DNA of 64,000 bases, taken from assembly GCF_000315625.1 (NCBI RefSeq), contig NW_005434660.1, positions 482,711-546,710 of the forward strand. The letters run 5' to 3'. Source of the DNA: Guillardia theta CCMP2712 (taxonomy: Eukaryota > Protista > Cryptophyta). Both the position numbers and the translations under genes were made by a program. Shown here one piece after another: positions 12,083 through 25,121 of the stretch. Under the pieces are notes generated by a model. That model saw only the letters and a list, made by a program, of their open reading frames with translations, did no database searches and was not told where the DNA came from. Positions within the stretch are counted from its first letter, which is position 1, and each line of letters starts with the position of its first letter.

Positions 12083-13467
12083 CTCGCTGCGCTCGTGGAT
12101 CAGCGTTCTGCGATTAGTCGATTAGACCACCAAGCATGGCTCCTGGCAAAAACAATCCATCTACGAGTCGCTTGCATTGCTCTGATCTCTGTTCGTCTCT
12201 TTGTTCTGTGCGAGAATATCTATTCGAACTCTCCCACACTCATCCTTGTCTCAATGTTCCTGACCAATTCATTCCCCTTTACGATTAGTACACACTCATC
12301 GACTTTCTTCTTATCAGTGGGCTTGAGAACCTATTGGAAACTCCTAGCTCATATCTTATCTCAATCATTGTGCTGGTCATAAACCTTCATCTCACCATAT
12401 CAGCATCAAAACTTGTACCATGCTGCTCATCTTTTCCCTTGCTACGATTATGTCTCCCTCACCCTGACGGCCTCCACATGACCTGAAGGACCAGTATAGA
12501 ATTTGAAATTTATTAAGTATAAAATTCAAAGTTAAGAGAGAGTTTCAAAATTTAATCCAAGCATCTTACTAAAACCTTTTTTTTATCTTCTGGTACTGTT
12601 TTCAAACCTCATACATTTCATTTGGCAATTCAGTAGAACTAGTTTATAGAATTTTTCATTCAAATACATTTTAAAATATATATTGGATTTTTGAGAACTG
12701 TTTCATCCTACGATCAATTTTACTCATGATGGAAAAATACTTTTAGCGCTTACCTGTATTGCCGCGCCGCCGCTGCATGCAGCAGCAGCCTTGGAAGGGA
12801 GGAGGACGTTGATGAGGAGGAAGATAGATGAAACATGGAGAGAATCTGAACCTCAGGAACATCAGGAAGAAGTCGTCTAGGAGATGGTCTAGGGCAAATG
12901 CATGAGGCTGTCCATTTGCCGTGATATTGACCCGCGTTTGTTATGTAGCCTCTGTTGCTTGAAATCCTGAAAGAGGAGTTGTGTTCTGTCTTCTCTGCCA
13001 ATGGCTTGATGATTGTACCTCAAGATTCATCTTAGAGTTCAACTTGAATGCAACTTCGAGGATTGGTTTGTTTGATTGTTTGATTGAAGGAGATGCAAGA
13101 GATGCAAGGAAGAGGAATTGACTCTCAATGTTTCGCAGAGGGGATCGGGTTTGTGCAGCTAGCTCGATGGGGCACGGCCAGGGTAGTCTTTGAGACGCTT
13201 TGGTCGGACGGATATGAGCTCATGCAGCATGCAAGTGAGTTGTATCAACGGATCAAGTCCTAGGTGAACTAGGTATCTGAGATTAATTTTCTGTTTTTCA
13301 TGACTCGATTTGACTAAGTGACATTCATTGCAGGGACTTGTCTTTTGAACCATGCGTCAGGGACAACTATTATCGACTTCGAAAAGGAAAAAGTGTGCCT
13401 CTACCCTTCCGTTACAGCTGGGGGCGACCTGACAAACTGAGATCGTAAAACTGTTCAAATTTTCAAC

Positions 13468-16400
13468 ATGGAGGGGGAGAAGGAGAATGTTGCGGGAAAA
13501 GTCACACATGAAGAAGACGACGAGCGAGGCTCAGATGCGCTGCAGACTCAAGTCTCAAACACATCAGAAGCGCTAATCGCAAGTACCGAAGAGGATGGCC
13601 AGGCTAAAGAAGATGGGACAAACCTACCGAAGTCCAGTTTAAGAGAAGATTGCTCTAGGGATAGTAGCCCCAAACCCAGTGGCGAAAACGAAGGTGAACC
13701 AGCTGGCTCTGAGAAGCAAATTTCTTCTGTTCAAGATGCGCATGAGGAACAAGGTGAAGACAAAGAATTTCAATCTCGGGAAGCCTCAGATAAGGAAGTG
13801 AATCTTGGACTATCCAACGAGGACACTAGAGATGACAACAATATCTCGGAACATGAGAATTCTGAGAAGCCTGAATCTGCTCAGTCAGGAGCATCAAGCG
13901 GTGGAAAGAATAATCTTGATCTTGCGAGCAGCTCGCAGGATTCAGAGCGAGACGAGAAACAATCGACTGAGCCCAGTGTCCAACCACCCGGCAAGCAAAC
14001 GAAACGTCAGGATGCACCTACAGTCGATATATCTGATCAATGCAACGACTCCGAGAAACAGGACGAAACACGAGAACCAACGGAAGTGAACGAGGTTCAT
14101 GAGTCGAGAGAGGCAAAGGAATCTTCTGCACCAGGTTCGCCGGCGAAGGAGGAACAAGCTTCGGATGCACAACAAGAGATGCAAGTGGATCCTAATTCGG
14201 AGATTGAGTGCAAAATGTTAAATGTTCAGGAGATTGCTATCAACCCATCGGGAATTGAGGATAGTGAGAAAGCACTCTCCAATAGCAAACCGTCAGGAGC
14301 CACACACGACGTCCCAAGCACGAGGAGCGCTGAATGTTCTCCTCCAGATGCACAAAGCTCGAGCAAGAATGTTGACAAAGATGAATGTGCCTCTCAAGAA
14401 GAAGCGAAAGATGCAGTGCACGATGCCTCTGAACAGACCAATGTCAAGAGAGGTGACCTCCTTCCATTCACTTCATTGGGTGGTGATTTGCGGTTTGCAG
14501 TGTCTAAAGATGGGAGTAGCTCACAAGAGGTCAACGATTCGAATACGTCTCACAATGCTCTTGAGGGTGAGCACAAGAAAGTGGAATCACAAGAGGATCA
14601 TCCTATGGTTGAGACCTCCGAGATTCAGAGCGAGTCGGTTTCAAAAGATTCGGTGAATCCAGCGGAAACTGGCTCAAGTGTTAAACAAGACCAGGCTGAT
14701 ACCAAATTTTCAATCACAGGATCACGAGAAAATCAGTCTGAAATTCATGCAAGGGTTGCAGAAGAGTCGCTTACGAGTTTCAAAGATGAAAAAATAGATC
14801 AAGACAAGGAAAGGTCTGCAGATGTTGGCAATCTGCTTTGCCAAGATGGTGTGGAACCCATGCAGATAGACGCTGCTGAGAAGGATCAGACCAAAAAAGA
14901 TGCACACAAGCAGAATATGAAGGAGGATGAGAGTAAGGAGGTTGCTCCCAACCAAAGTGGTGGAGAGAAATCAGAGGACAAGGGTGAACCGATGGAATGT
15001 GAGGTCACTCCGAATCAACTTTCAGATACTGTCAATACAGCTGGATCTTCGACCGAGTCAAAAGTCCTTCAAGGTTTAAATGACAAGGGTGCAAAGGAAG
15101 ATGCAAATAGTACGCAAGCATCTGAATCGAACTCTGGATCCTTGCAGGTTGGTGGCGATTCCGATGTGAAATCAGATGTGGCTCCTGAGAAAAAACTGCC
15201 GCTCTCTGGAGTTGCTGGCAACAGTGATTCCGACAAGCAGCTGACGAAGCATCCTGGATCTGAAAGTGTCAACGTTGAAGCCACGACCAGCGTATCTCAA
15301 CCAGAGTCCAGTAAATCGGAAACATACGTGAACAGGTGATTCTTTAGATTAGTGTTACTGCCATGAGGTTGATTATTTTTTAGGAAAGACACCGCGTCAC
15401 CTGTATCTTCCGTGACTAGTCAAGTTCCATCATCAGTAAGTCCTACGGTCCCACAGCCCCCTTCACTGACACAAGCTACGGTGGTTCCTGTTTCATCCTC
15501 AACCCCGAATTCCTTACAGAATGCAACGAAGCAAACACTAACACCTGGATCGGTGCCACAAATCGATATCAAGAAGGGGATGAGTCAGCAACAGTCCTCT
15601 ACCAGCTTGGTTCCAAATCAGACTGTCAGCAAGGCTCACTTAGCTGCCAAGTTGAAAAATAGACCTCAACAAAGTTTCCTTCAGCTTGGTGGTCTCACAG
15701 TCAAGCGTTTGGGGGTTATCGTATGGGACCGGCCGGCATATCATACGAAACGATTCATATTTCCCGTTGGCTTTTTAAGTGAAAGATCCTATGCCTCCTA
15801 TCGGCAACCTGGTCAGAGCACTGCATATACTTGTGAGATTTTGGATGGGGGTGAGAGGCCAAATTTTCGCATTTCAGTTCAAGATGATTCTGAAAATCCC
15901 ATAACAGCAAAGTCTCCGACTGAAGCATGGAAAGTAGTGGAACAGAGAGTTCAGGCAGTTCCAACTTCCCACTCAGATCAACAGCGTTTTGCTGGCAGTA
16001 CAAGACTCTGTGGTGCTGTATATTTCGGTTTAGCGCACCCTTCTGTCATTCGCATGTTGCAAGGACTGCCAGGTGCTAGCAAGTGTGCTTCATTCGCCTT
16101 TGCAAGGAAGAGAGAACAATTGCATGAAGTGACAGAGGAGGAGAATGTCATACCGTCGACAGAGAGTGTTTCGTCCCGGTCAAGTCCAGCGCTCAAAGAA
16201 TCTCAAACAATCATCAAGGCGGCATCTCAGGCAGAGCCCGTGCCGACCGCTGAGAAGAAAGTTGAAGTAGAACGAGATGATTGGATTCCTCTCTTGCAAC
16301 AGGAGTTGAATGACATGAAGAACAGAACAAGGCACACTATTCAACCACTTTCTTACAGTCAGCTTCAACCAGAAGGGTGGACAGCACAAGAGGTTTTTCG

Positions 16401-17929
16401 CTTGATTGCACTTGAATCGAATTCGCTTATGCTGGTCTGCAGGTTGACACCTTCTTCAATGGACTGAATGAATATCAGATGTCGGTAAGTTACAAGCTCT
16501 GTTTGGGAAGGCTTCCTCTTTCACCTCCTTTTTCTTATTCATTTGGATCCCTTTTATGATTCACTTTCCGTTGTGTATCTCTGCTTCAGCTCCAGCTGAT
16601 CCTGATTTCCAAAGACGTCACATCTAGCGGCTGCGATTGGAACCAAAACAGCGCAGCAAGTCAATGATTATGCATCTTATGTGTGTGATGTGATGGACCG
16701 TCGCGTCAAGGCAAGCCGTGAAGAGCAGCTGCAGAAACAAGCAGCTCTGCTAGCGGCTGCGCACCAATCAAGCAATGTATGCAATGTTTCCTATGAATGT
16801 TTCCAATCAATCATCATCCTTTTCCAGGCTCAAGACGCTGGAGCTGCCGCTTTACAAGCTGCTGTCACGGCTGCAGCAAGTGCGCCCAAAGTAAGTCAAT
16901 GTTCCTGAAGTCATCGACCTGATGTTGGCATTAGGAGGGGACACAGCTGAGAGAGATGCTGAAGAGCCAATCTTCCCATGCGATGCTCGCACAAGTCTTG
17001 ACACATCTGTGGCACACGGAAAGACTTTGGCGCCATGCCCTTCAACAAGCGCTGCAGCTATTTAATGAGACGCACGTGCTATCCGACAAGATGATGGAGA
17101 AGCTTTTGGTCCTTGGTGCGAGATTGAAGAGTGGGAAGGGTTTCAGCGAGGCATCACTGAAGAAACGAGTTGAAGAGGAGACTAAACGGCTGAAGGCGGA
17201 ATCGATGGAGAAACAGCGGAAACAGGTCGAGTTGGAAAAGCAGCTGAAGAAGGTGTGGAAAATGAGCTTCCGCCCACTTATGTGACGAGTCTCCACAGGC
17301 TCAATTGGATCAGAAGAAGTTGAGAGATGATCTCTCGACATCGGAGGAGAACGTGGCCTCCTTGAACAAAAATCTGAGAGATTTTGAGGGCTTGCGCGAT
17401 CAGGCCTTAGCTCAGGTTCGTAGACGCTTCTTTCTTGTTTGTTCTCACCGGCCGGCAACAGATGTCGGAGTGCAGGGGAAAGCTTCTCAAGGAGCAGAAG
17501 GCCAGGCACGCGCTCATGCTGCGAAAAGAGCGGTTAGAGGCGGAAGTCATTCGACTTCGATGTACCATCGAGGCGGATGGCAGAAGCCGTCGGGCTCAAG
17601 AGTGCAAGGCTGAGGCGCAAAGCTCAAGGATGGAGGAGCTGGAGGAAGAGCTGAGGCTGGAGAGAGCGAGACGAGAGATGTTGGAGAAGCAAGTGGAAAC
17701 ACTAGGACACAAGCCGAATTATGACGAGCTGCAAGTCATGGGGGTAGGAGAAAAGCGAAGGCGACTTGAGGAGGTGCAGGAGACTGGGAGGGGGGACAGG
17801 CAGAGCGAGCCTGGAAGAAGTGACAGGTTTCGACTGGCGAAGATGGCATCGATTGCAGTGCCCGGATGGAAGAAAGAGCAAGACGGAAGCTGGTGCGAAG
17901 AGAAGAGGAGGAAAACGACACAAGCGTAG
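13468..17929 (+). CDS. FY-rich (FYRN/FYRC) domain protein with long acidic N-terminus, SANT/Myb-like segment and C-terminal coiled coil
   Basis: LTVKRLGVIVWDRPAYHTKRFIFPVGFLSERSYAS...YTCEILD (FYRN) and PNFRI...AKSPTEAW...GAVYFGLAHPSVIRMLQGLPGASKC (FYRC). WTAQEV...HLAAAIGTKTAQQV is SANT-like. The first exon is a 620-aa D/E/S-rich stretch. Confidence 0.8.
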
Positions 17930-18031
17930 CTTCGTTGCCGTCAAATGTGTAATCTTTATTTTGTGTACAGAGAAATGAACATCAAGTTTTCAATCCTTCA
18001 ACCTCTGATGGGCTTCCCTCAACCATTTGCT

Positions 18032-19927
18032 TCACTCTGCAGCAGGAGGCTCCTCACCGTCTGCCGGTGGCGCAGCTTCCGCTTGCTCCTGCAGGATGCT
18101 CAGACGCATCAAAAGTCTCGTCAATTCTTTACCTCCGCCGGTGCTGCTGCTTCGGCTGCTGCTGCTTCGGCTGCTGCTGCTTCGGCTGCTGCTGCTTCTT
18201 CTTGAGCCGCCTTCTCCGCCTTCAGGGTGGCAAGCTGCACTCGCTGATGTCAGAGAAAGGCACGACAAGGCACAAGACTCAAGATGAAGGGAAATCGAGG
18301 GAAGCAGAGCAATCTCAATTCACCTTGATGGCAGCATCCCCGAACTCGAGAACCAGCAAGACAAGCGCGACAAGAAGTTGAGCAGTGAAGGGCATCTCGC
18401 TCTCCTTAGTCACAGGTTCCGCTCCCTCAGGGTTGAGCTTCAGCTTGCATTCGTCCATGACGGCTTGATCGACCGCGAGGAGGTCGAACCTGTCGTGCCG
18501 TCAGCGTAACTTGGGGAAGCAACGGAGGGTGTCCTCACTTGCTCAGAGCATCCGATAGGTCCTTGAGGTAGCCGTCGCCCTGAGCAACCTTGACCAGGCA
18601 CTCCACGCTCGCCACCACCCGATGAGCCACCGTCCCGGCCTCGAAAGTGCTGATCTCTGACAGCTCGTGCCCGTGCTCGTCCTTGCGCTCCATCGGCATT
18701 CGCTCTCCAATAATGTCCTTCACCTTCTGCACCAGATCCTGGGCGAACGTCAACTTGCCTTCTAGCTCGTCGATGCCGTCCTCCTCCACGGGCTTCTTCT
18801 CTTCCGGCACCACACAGTCCTCGTTGAGGAGGCGGCTGGCTGCCGCCTGCTCTTCTTCCACTCGTTTCTTCGCCTCCAAGATCAGCTTCTCGTGGGTGAA
18901 AGACACGGTCGAGCGCAAGTCCTGCAGGACCTCAAGATCCTTGTCGCTCAGGTAGGATGAAGACGACAGGGTGTCGATGAAGATGAGCCCTAGAACTCTT
19001 CCCTCCAGGTACCTGCAAGCAGACAGAGTCACCTCGCCCTCCTAAACTTGACGTCTACAGCTCACTTGTCATCTTCGGAAGCCAGTAGAGGGCACACGGC
19101 GAACGAGCCAGGCAAGGGCATCCCATGGAAGACGAGGGGAGGGTCGGACTCCAGCACGTTGGAGACGAGGACGCTCTTCCGTTCCTGTACGGCCTGGAAA
19201 GAGACAGTGGCCGTGCCGTTGGAAAGAGCAGGTGACAAGATTTCCTTTCCTCGCAGCCAAGAGTTTTCCCTGTTGGCGTACTTGTATGTCAAGGCGCAGT
19301 AGGTGGGTACGCGGGGCATGATCTTGGGAGGCACCCAAGGAGGAGGAGGTTCCTCGCCTTCCGGCACGTTGGTCCATCGTCCTTCTTCCACGCTCCATCC
19401 CTCAGGAGGAGCAACGGCTTCTTCCTCCGGCTCCGGGGCTGCTCCTTCAGGAGCTTCTCGCTGCTCCAAGAAGGCGACATAGACGTTCTTGGCCTCAGTC
19501 TCCTTGCGCAGAGTCTCGATGAGGCTGTTATACAGCTTGTCGATGCTCGTCTCTTTGGAAAGACTCTCCTTGCAGCTGTTCAAACGGCTCGTGTTGTCGC
19601 CTTGCTCGTGAATCTTAGCCTGTTCCTCCGCGTCCACTCTCTCCCTCTCCTTCTCCGCATGCTCCTTTGCTTTCACCGCCTGCATACTCATCAGTACCTC
19701 CCTCCAAGCAGCATAGAGCAGATTACCAGAGCCTTCTGCTCTTCCACCGCGAGATACTTCAAGAGCCAGTGAGCAAGATAGTCGACAGGGTCTTCTGGCT
19801 GCACAGAAGCGACAGAGGCCAAACCAGCCGTGAGAGCTGGTCCCACCGTCTCCTGTGTACAAACTATGAGCTGATCTGCACACAAGTTGAGGGAACCGTA
19901 TACCTGCAAGTATTTTGCGTCCGCCAT
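18032..19927 (-). CDS. Dpy-30/RIIa-like dimerisation domain + GAF-like domain protein (probably flagellar)
   Basis: MADAKYLQ|ETVGPALTAGLASVASVQPEDPVDYLAHWLLKY matches Dpy-30. VSFQAVQERKSVLVSNV...GSFAVCPL...RVLGLIFIDTL...DKDLEVLQDL is GAF-like. The tail is rich in EAAAA. Confidence 0.75.
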
Positions 19928-20446
19928 CTTGAATCACCTGAGCAAAAGTCAGCATAGTCAAATCGCGTGCTTCGTTCAACTCATCCTCGAGCGCAGTCGA
20001 CTTTCCTTCTCACCTACCTACATCTCTGTATTGTAACGTATGGAAGTGACAATGCTCTCGATCATGGACTCAGACATGTTCTATTCCTCATGCTGTCCCC
20101 CCCTCCCTCCCCCCTGCGTTTCCTCGTCCCTCTCCTTCCGCTCCCGCTTGTTTTTTCATGCACTGCGCTGCCGTTACCGTTAAAACCGTTGAACTTTCCT
20201 TCTGATAATGAGGGCGATGAGACAAATGGTCTGATAAGTAAAACATTTTTAGTTACAATACGGTACTGTTGTATTCCTCACCCACCCTCCCACTGCGATA
20301 CTGGGACAACCCCTACCCAAGTACCTCCTCTGCCTAGTCAAAGTACCCTTATCACCCCCCATTTGATACTGAAAAGAAGGGGTGGGGTCCAGAGGTCGCT
20401 GTCCTGATGGGACTGCAGTCAGATCTACGAAGAGCCGGGAGAAGCC

Positions 20447-21433
20447 ATGGCGGCACTGAGCTACTAGGCTAGGGAGAACCTGAGAGAGGAAGAGAGAAGA
20501 GAGTCTGAGCAGCGGAAGAACGAGGAATGACGGGTAGAGGATGATGTGATAGTGTGGGAGGAGGGCGCGGCGATATGAGAGGATCCATTCTGATTCAGGT
20601 GATGAGGTACGAGCGAAATCATATCAAGAAATGAGTCTCGTGAGGTACAACATCAAGATGAGCCTCCTCTCCTTTCCTCGTATTGTAGAAGGTCGTTGCT
20701 GCCTCAGATCTGCTTCGGCGCTCATGCTCCTACAGCCGTGTCATCCCCTGACATTGTCCCGAAATCTCGAGGGACACTCTGTGAGAAATCGATCTCTAGC
20801 GCTCCTGAGAGCAATCAGACTCAACGTAGTTCGTACATGTAAGATAATGATTGCTTGATGAGAAAACTTGCTCGATATCTGTAATCAGGCCTGAAAAGTA
20901 ATCGGGAATAAGAATCTATCAAAGGATCTGAGTTTTGTTTCCACGGAATGCTGCCTGACGAAGAGAGAAGAGAACAGAGTCAGAGTCAGAGTCAGAGTTA
21001 GAGATCCGTCACTTGAAATGTCATATGGCGTTTGATTGGAGGGTCCGTTTGAAGCCAACTGATACGGGTGGCAGGCATGGGAGAAGTCTGCAGCAAGGAT
21101 CTGATACCTCTGCATGGATTGAGTGACATGTGCAAGGGTCACAGAACCTCCTCCACTCCCACCCGTGATGACTACCGGATACGGAAATCTCCCGTAGGCC
21201 AGCAGGTCTCCAAGAAGAGCCCAGCTGGCGGTGATCGCAAGAGCGCAGGCATAGCGTCAAGACTCCCCGATCCAAGCCAAGAGCGAGCGAACGAGAGTAT
21301 CCGTTTGAAGCTCTCGATGCCCTACAGTCCTGCTGCACCTGCCATGCCCGAGGAGGACACGGACTGGGAGAACGAGTGCAAGAGGCTGATCGATCGTACG
21401 CTCGCTCAGGACAAGAAGTCGACGGAGATGTGA
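20447..21433 (+). CDS. Hypothetical low-complexity protein, exon structure uncertain
   Basis: The terminal exon ...PEEDTDWENECKRLIDRTLAQDKKSTEM* looks coding. Several upstream GT-AG-bounded segments exist, and the start is unsure. Confidence 0.4.
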
Positions 21434-21524
21434 GGAGGAGGCTAGATCTAGGGCCAGGAGGAGCGACAAGGGGGGAGGGGAGCAGCGGCGAGTCGCGTTA
21501 GAATACAAGACTTCACTCGGTCTG

Positions 21525-24500
21525 CTATGAGTACCACGGGGTCTGGCAGAGGGGGCAGGTGCTCTTGTTGGAGGTGTTGAACCACTTGTAGAGGCAGGCG
21601 CTGTGGAACTTGTTCCTGCAGGTGTGGCAGGAGAGGGTGGGAAGCGAGTTGTTGACCATGTGGATGACTGTGTAGCAGATGGGGCACTCCTCCACCCCCT
21701 CGAACACCTGGTCCACGTTCTTCTTCCACAGCAGGATCGCATCCAGCAGCGATCCGTCCTTGTTGTCCAGCAGCGTCCTCATGGATAGCGCCCACTTCTT
21801 CCACTTCCCCTCGCTGATGCCGACTCTGCGCGTTCCCTCCACCTCCACCACGCGGAGAGGATAGAGCTCCGGCACCCGGAGAATCACCTCCATCACCGCC
21901 TCGTCCTTGCTGTACGCGGCTGCGATCTCCCGCGTGCTTGCCGACGCCCGGATGGAAAGCTCATCCTTGTCGATGCTGGAGCTGCAGACAACCGCAATCT
22001 CTCGCGCGAGGAGGATGGGACTGATCTTGTAGGATACGAAGCTCTCCACGCTGAGAGCGGATGCTCGGTCGAGCTGGTTGTACCACATGCGAACGAGAGC
22101 TGGAAAGGCCTGGAAGGACTCTAGGAAGAGATGTCCGGCCAGTCGCTCCATCACTGAGATGCAGTCCTGAGGCGCCAGCAGCTTGTCGAGAGGAGGAAGC
22201 GTCTCGCAATTCATGTCTGAGGAGCTCCAGCTCGCCGGAGCATCGAGCGTGAGGTGCGCGAAGGTGACGTCAAGGAAGGGATGGAGCATGGAGGTCTGCC
22301 GCAGCCATGCTGAGATGTTGGCCTGGTAGCGGGGAGGACAGCGTCTCCTCAAGTCCAGCGCCAACTTCCAGGCGAGCATGCCGCAGAGCGAGACGGTAGA
22401 CATCAGAGTCTCGTGCATCACCTCCTTCGCCTGCAGGTGCGTCTGCATCGCCGTCACCAGAGGAAGAGGAAGGCACCGAAGCTCATCCGCCGGCTGCTCC
22501 TCCCTGCTGCTGGTAGCAGAGTTTTCCTCCTCCTCTACCTTGAGCCCCTCCCATGCTAAGCCGTCCAGGTGCCCCAGGAGGGAGTCGGAGACGTAGAACT
22601 TGGAGAGGAGGGCGTACGCTGTGAGCTGGACAAGGACGTCGGAGGAGGAGAGGAGGGTATGAAGGGCCTCACAGAAAGATTGTCTCTTCCTCTTGATGAG
22701 ATGGACGAGGCTGAGCTGCAGTACCGACATGGGAGCTGACCTGGATACATGGGCGATCAGCCGCAGGCGAGCTCGAGGAGGAGGAGGGAAGCTCGTCAGC
22801 TCGTGATCCCTGGCAGTCACCAGGTCGCCGAGCAAGTGGGCGAAGCACGAAGTCTTGATCCTCGTCCATAGCTCCGAGGGCTGCAGCTGCCTTGCCTCCC
22901 CCTCCTTCTCCCCAACCTCCTCGCACTCTGCCTCCTCCTCGACCTCGATCACCTCCTCCTCGCCTCCCCCCTCGTAGAACTCTGCTGCTTCCTCCGAGCC
23001 CTCCGGAAAGTCGCCGACCTTGACTACCCACCGCTCGAGCGCTGACAGCAAGAGCATAGCGAACCCCTGCTCCGTCGTTCCCCTATATCCCTCCCCTGTC
23101 ATCCACTGTCCAACCGCCAGGACCATCCTGCTGAAGGCTCGCAACTCCTCGCTGGCTCCTCTTACCCTTCCTCCGTCCGGCTCTGCAAGGAGCAGTCGAT
23201 ACCAGAAATGGGCGAGGGAGGCGGAGGAAGAGCGGAGCTTGTGGAAGGAGCAATGCTGGAAGGCGAGGAGGAGGTGGTCACAGTGGAGGAGGAGCCCCTT
23301 GGAGGAAGCGAGCATGTAACACGACTCGGGGACAGGGACGTCGATCGCTTCCTCCCTCCTCCACCAAGAGCACGTGTGAGCAAACAAAGCTCTCCACCCC
23401 TCCTCTCCTCCCACCCCCTGTACCCGGAACCGATTCATCTCTGCCAGACACTCAAGCGCGAGGAGGGCGAGGGTCTCGGCCTCCCCCACCCCCTCCTCTC
23501 GCAATCGATCGATCGCCATCACAGACTTGCTCGCTTCCTTGTGGATACTTGCAAGCGTCCTAGCAAACTTCCTGACGCACCTTGCCCACGTGTCGACGTT
23601 CTGCTCCTCCTCCTCCTCCTCCCAACCCTCCACTTGCCCCATTGCCGCTTGCTGGAGAGGTTTGCTGCTGAACAACTTGGGGTGGAAGAGACGAAAACTT
23701 TCTGTCTGCCTTTCTCTCCCATCCTCCTCTCGGATCGTGAAGAACGGAGGAAACTCCTGCCTGTGGACCTCCACAAGTCGCACCGCAACAACGTTGACCT
23801 CCTTCTCCTCCTCCTCCTCCTCCTTTCGCTCCCCTCCCCCATGCTCCCAGTTGCGCAAGTAGAACAACTTGTCCTCCGGCTTTGCGCCCTCGAGGAGGCA
23901 GTGGGAGAGGAAGGAGAGCGGGGAGAGGACCTGGCAGACAGCTAGCATCTCCACGTGCCTCGTCGCCACATCTTCCAGCAGACAGTCCGTCGAGCAGTGC
24001 AGGTCGGCGAGCAGGTCGCAGAAGGTGAGAAACCTGCTGGCCGGCAGCTGGGCAAGGAGGTGGTAGACATGCGTCAGGGCCGCGGCCCACAGGGTCTCCC
24101 CCGACCGCAACTTGGCTAGCGAGTCCTTGACGATCGTCCTGGTAACGCTCGCGTGCAGCTCCCTGCCACCTGCGTCCTTGAGCAGCACCGGAGCGACGAG
24201 CTGATCCCAAAACCTCTCGAGGTCGCGGCGGAAACTTCCGTCGTCCTCCTGCAGGAGAGGGTGAGGCGGTGAGAAGGAAGAGCACAGACGAGGATGATGC
24301 CGGGAGAGAGGGAGGGGGAGGAGGATGCTGGGAGAGAGGGAGCTGGAGGCGGGAAGGAGAGGGAGAGGAGGAAGGGAGGGAGTAAGTGAGGGAGGGAAGA
24401 AGGAGAAGGAATAACTCACCTTGTCTTGCATGTCAAGCATGTGCTGAGGGAAAAGTCCCTCGATCTCTTGGTATCTCGACTGAAGGAAAGGAGGAAGAGG

Positions 24501-24992
24501 AGGAGCAGACGTGCGACTGGAGGCGAAGGTGAAGATGAGGGACTCGAGCATGGGAAGGTTAACTGGAAGAAGTCAAGAGAAGAAACACATGGAAATGAAC
24601 CAGGAAGCGAGCAGGAGCGATGGGGAGATTCGTTGAGGAGTGGAACAGGTCATGGGAGAAGAGGAGGCGAAAGAGGAGGAAGGCAAGCAAAGGAGGAGGA
24701 TGAGGAGGATGTAGAAGAGCGCGATGCGTGGAACGAGGAGGAGGAAGAAAAGAAGAGGCTCACGTGGTAGATCCTCCTGGTGATGTGAGAGCGTCAAATG
24801 CAGAAAGCGCATGACGAAGAGAGTGACGGCGACGTTCTCTCCTCGTCCCAGAGCCTGTTCGTCCCACGTGCTGATCGCGCGCAGAGAGAAGTCGACCTTG
24901 CTGTCTCGCGCCACCGACATGAGCTCGTGAGCCTGAGGGAGAGAGTGAGGAGAGGAGAGGCGGGGGGGGGGGAGGGGAGGGAGGGAGGGAGG

Positions 24993-25053
<61 letters not shown>

Positions 25054-25084
25054 GAGAGAGAGAGAGAGAGAGGAGGAGGAGGAG

Positions 25085-25121
<37 letters not shown>

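Noticed and set aside
12100-13460. Short ORFs between the shikimate-kinase-like and FYR genes
   Set aside because: No coherent exon chain or recognisable domain, and it includes an AT-rich intergenic core.
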